From Deltaproteobacteria bacterium (GTDB lineage Bacteria > Myxococcota_A > UBA9160 > UBA6930), in NCBI GenBank assembly GCA_002687015.1, contig NYZB01000189.1, positions 1 to 55,496 of the forward strand: a stretch of 55,496 bases of DNA, given 5' to 3'. The notes under the pieces were generated by a model. The model worked only from the letters and a program-made list of their open reading frames with translations. It searched no databases and was not told where the DNA came from. The position numbers were made by a program, and so were the translations under genes. Below, piece by piece: positions 54,561 through 55,496 of the stretch (the stretch's first letter is position 1; each line of letters opens with the position of its first letter).

Positions 54561-55496
54561 GTGAGCCGGGCCCTCGAGCAGGAGCTGTGGCTCCAGATCC
54601 GGGCCGGCTTCCGACTCGTCGCGCTGGAGACCGTCGAAGAGGAGAGAGCGCTTCGGCTGCTCGAGCGCGTGGCGAAGCGCGCAGAGCGAGAGCTGCACAC
54701 CTGGTCTCTGGCCACCGGCATCGACGGATCGGGCGAAGCGGCGGGAAGCCTCGAGGCGGCCGTCGCCGCCTTCGAGGGCGAGGCCGAGCCGACCCTGTGG
54801 GCCGTGGCCGACGCCCACGCCGTCCTCACCGAGCCGGTGGGTCTGCGACGTCTGCGCGATGCCCTGCCGGGTCTCGCCGAGCGGAAGCAGCTCGTGGTCC
54901 TGCTCGGACCCGTGCTCGAGCTGCCCCTCGAATTCGAGCGGGAGGCGACGCGGCTGAACCTGCCGCTGCCCGATGCCGCCGAGCTGCGCTCGATGTTCGA
55001 GCGCGTCGTGGCCAACACCCGGGATGCGGAAGTCGCGTCCGAGCGCCTCGACGAGTGCGTGCGCGCGGCGCTGGGGCTGACGGCCGGCGAGGCGGCGCGC
55101 GCCTTCCGCAAGGCCTGGATGGCCTCGGGCAAGCTCTCGGAGGATGCCGTCGGGTTGCTGGCGGGCGAGAAGCGAAAGGCCCTGCGGCGCATCCCGGCCC
55201 TGACCTTTCACGAGGCCGACGGCGATCTCGGCACCGTTGGTGGCCTCGGCGAGCTGAAGCGCTGGCTTCGTGAACGACGTCGTGCCTTTGGCCAGGAGGC
55301 GCGGGACTTCGGTCTGCCGGCCCCTCGCGGCCTGCTCCTGCTGGGTGTGCAGGGCTGTGGCAAGTCGCTCTCGGCCAAGGCCGTGGCCTCCGAGTGGCGG
55401 TTTCCGCTGCTTCGCCTCGATCTGGCCGCCGCCTTCTCCGATCCGAACCGCAGCCCCGAGCTGATCATCCGCGAGGCCAGCTCGGTGGCCGAGTCG
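54561..55496 (+). CDS. Ycf46-like AAA+ ATPase (partial, runs off the window)
   Basis: Not in the ORF track; from GTG 54561 reads VSRALEQELWLQIRAG..ETVEEERAL..VGGLGELKRWL..PRGLLLLGVQGCGKSL..W..PLLRLD. Confidence 0.85.
   Translation, partial: MSRALEQELWLQIRAGFRLVALETVEEERALRLLERVAKRAERELHTWSLATGIDGSGEAAGSLEAAVAAFEGEAEPTLWAVADAHAVLTEPVGLRRLRDALPGLAERKQLVVLLGPVLELPLEFEREATRLNLPLPDAAELRSMFERVVANTRDAEVASERLDECVRAALGLTAGEAARAFRKAWMASGKLSEDAVGLLAGEKRKALRRIPALTFHEADGDLGTVGGLGELKRWLRERRRAFGQEARDFGLPAPRGLLLLGVQGCGKSLSAKAVASEWRFPLLRLDLAAAFSDPNRSPELIIREASSVAES

Overview
GC-rich Gram-negative bacterial DNA. The gene set (Mla, MacAB-like exporter, sigma54 promoters, several PilT/PilB ATPases, F420-type LLM enzymes) is compatible with a Myxococcota/deltaproteobacterial-type host, which is an inference. 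About 55 CDSs are present; no rRNA, tRNA, CRISPR array or IS element was recognised. The main feature is a ~29 kb aryl-polyene (APE)-like type II PKS/FAS lipid gene cluster (4791-33799) with an unusual layout. It has a proteobacterial APE-type core (PlsC-like acyltransferase, 2 ACPs, AMP-ligase/dehydratase, GT2, LpxL-like acyltransferase, ApeP-like dehydratase, FabG, KS) and an MIO ammonia-lyase. It also carries two WxWxIP halogenase-family flavoproteins, a CrtI-like oxidoreductase and a separate ACP/condensation-like/FAD-oxidoreductase/AMP-ligase module. A MacAB-like exporter stands where MMPL/LolA would be expected, and the KS/CLF pair lies ~8 kb away behind an mhpB-like/GST/FAH/IclR aromatic-catabolism cassette. 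Regulatory signals visible in the sequence: a 22-bp-period triplicated sigma54-type element, two further sigma54 promoters, an operator palindrome inside the ahcY promoter, an IclR-type operator, and many TAnnnT -10 boxes 6-9 nt before start codons (leaderless genes). The flanks are mostly housekeeping (ahcY, GPx, recQ, fbp, two pilT, DAHP synthase, mlaEDAC, NhaP, MalY/PatB, GspE/PilB, Ycf46-like AAA). All family calls come from recognising motifs by eye; no database search was run.
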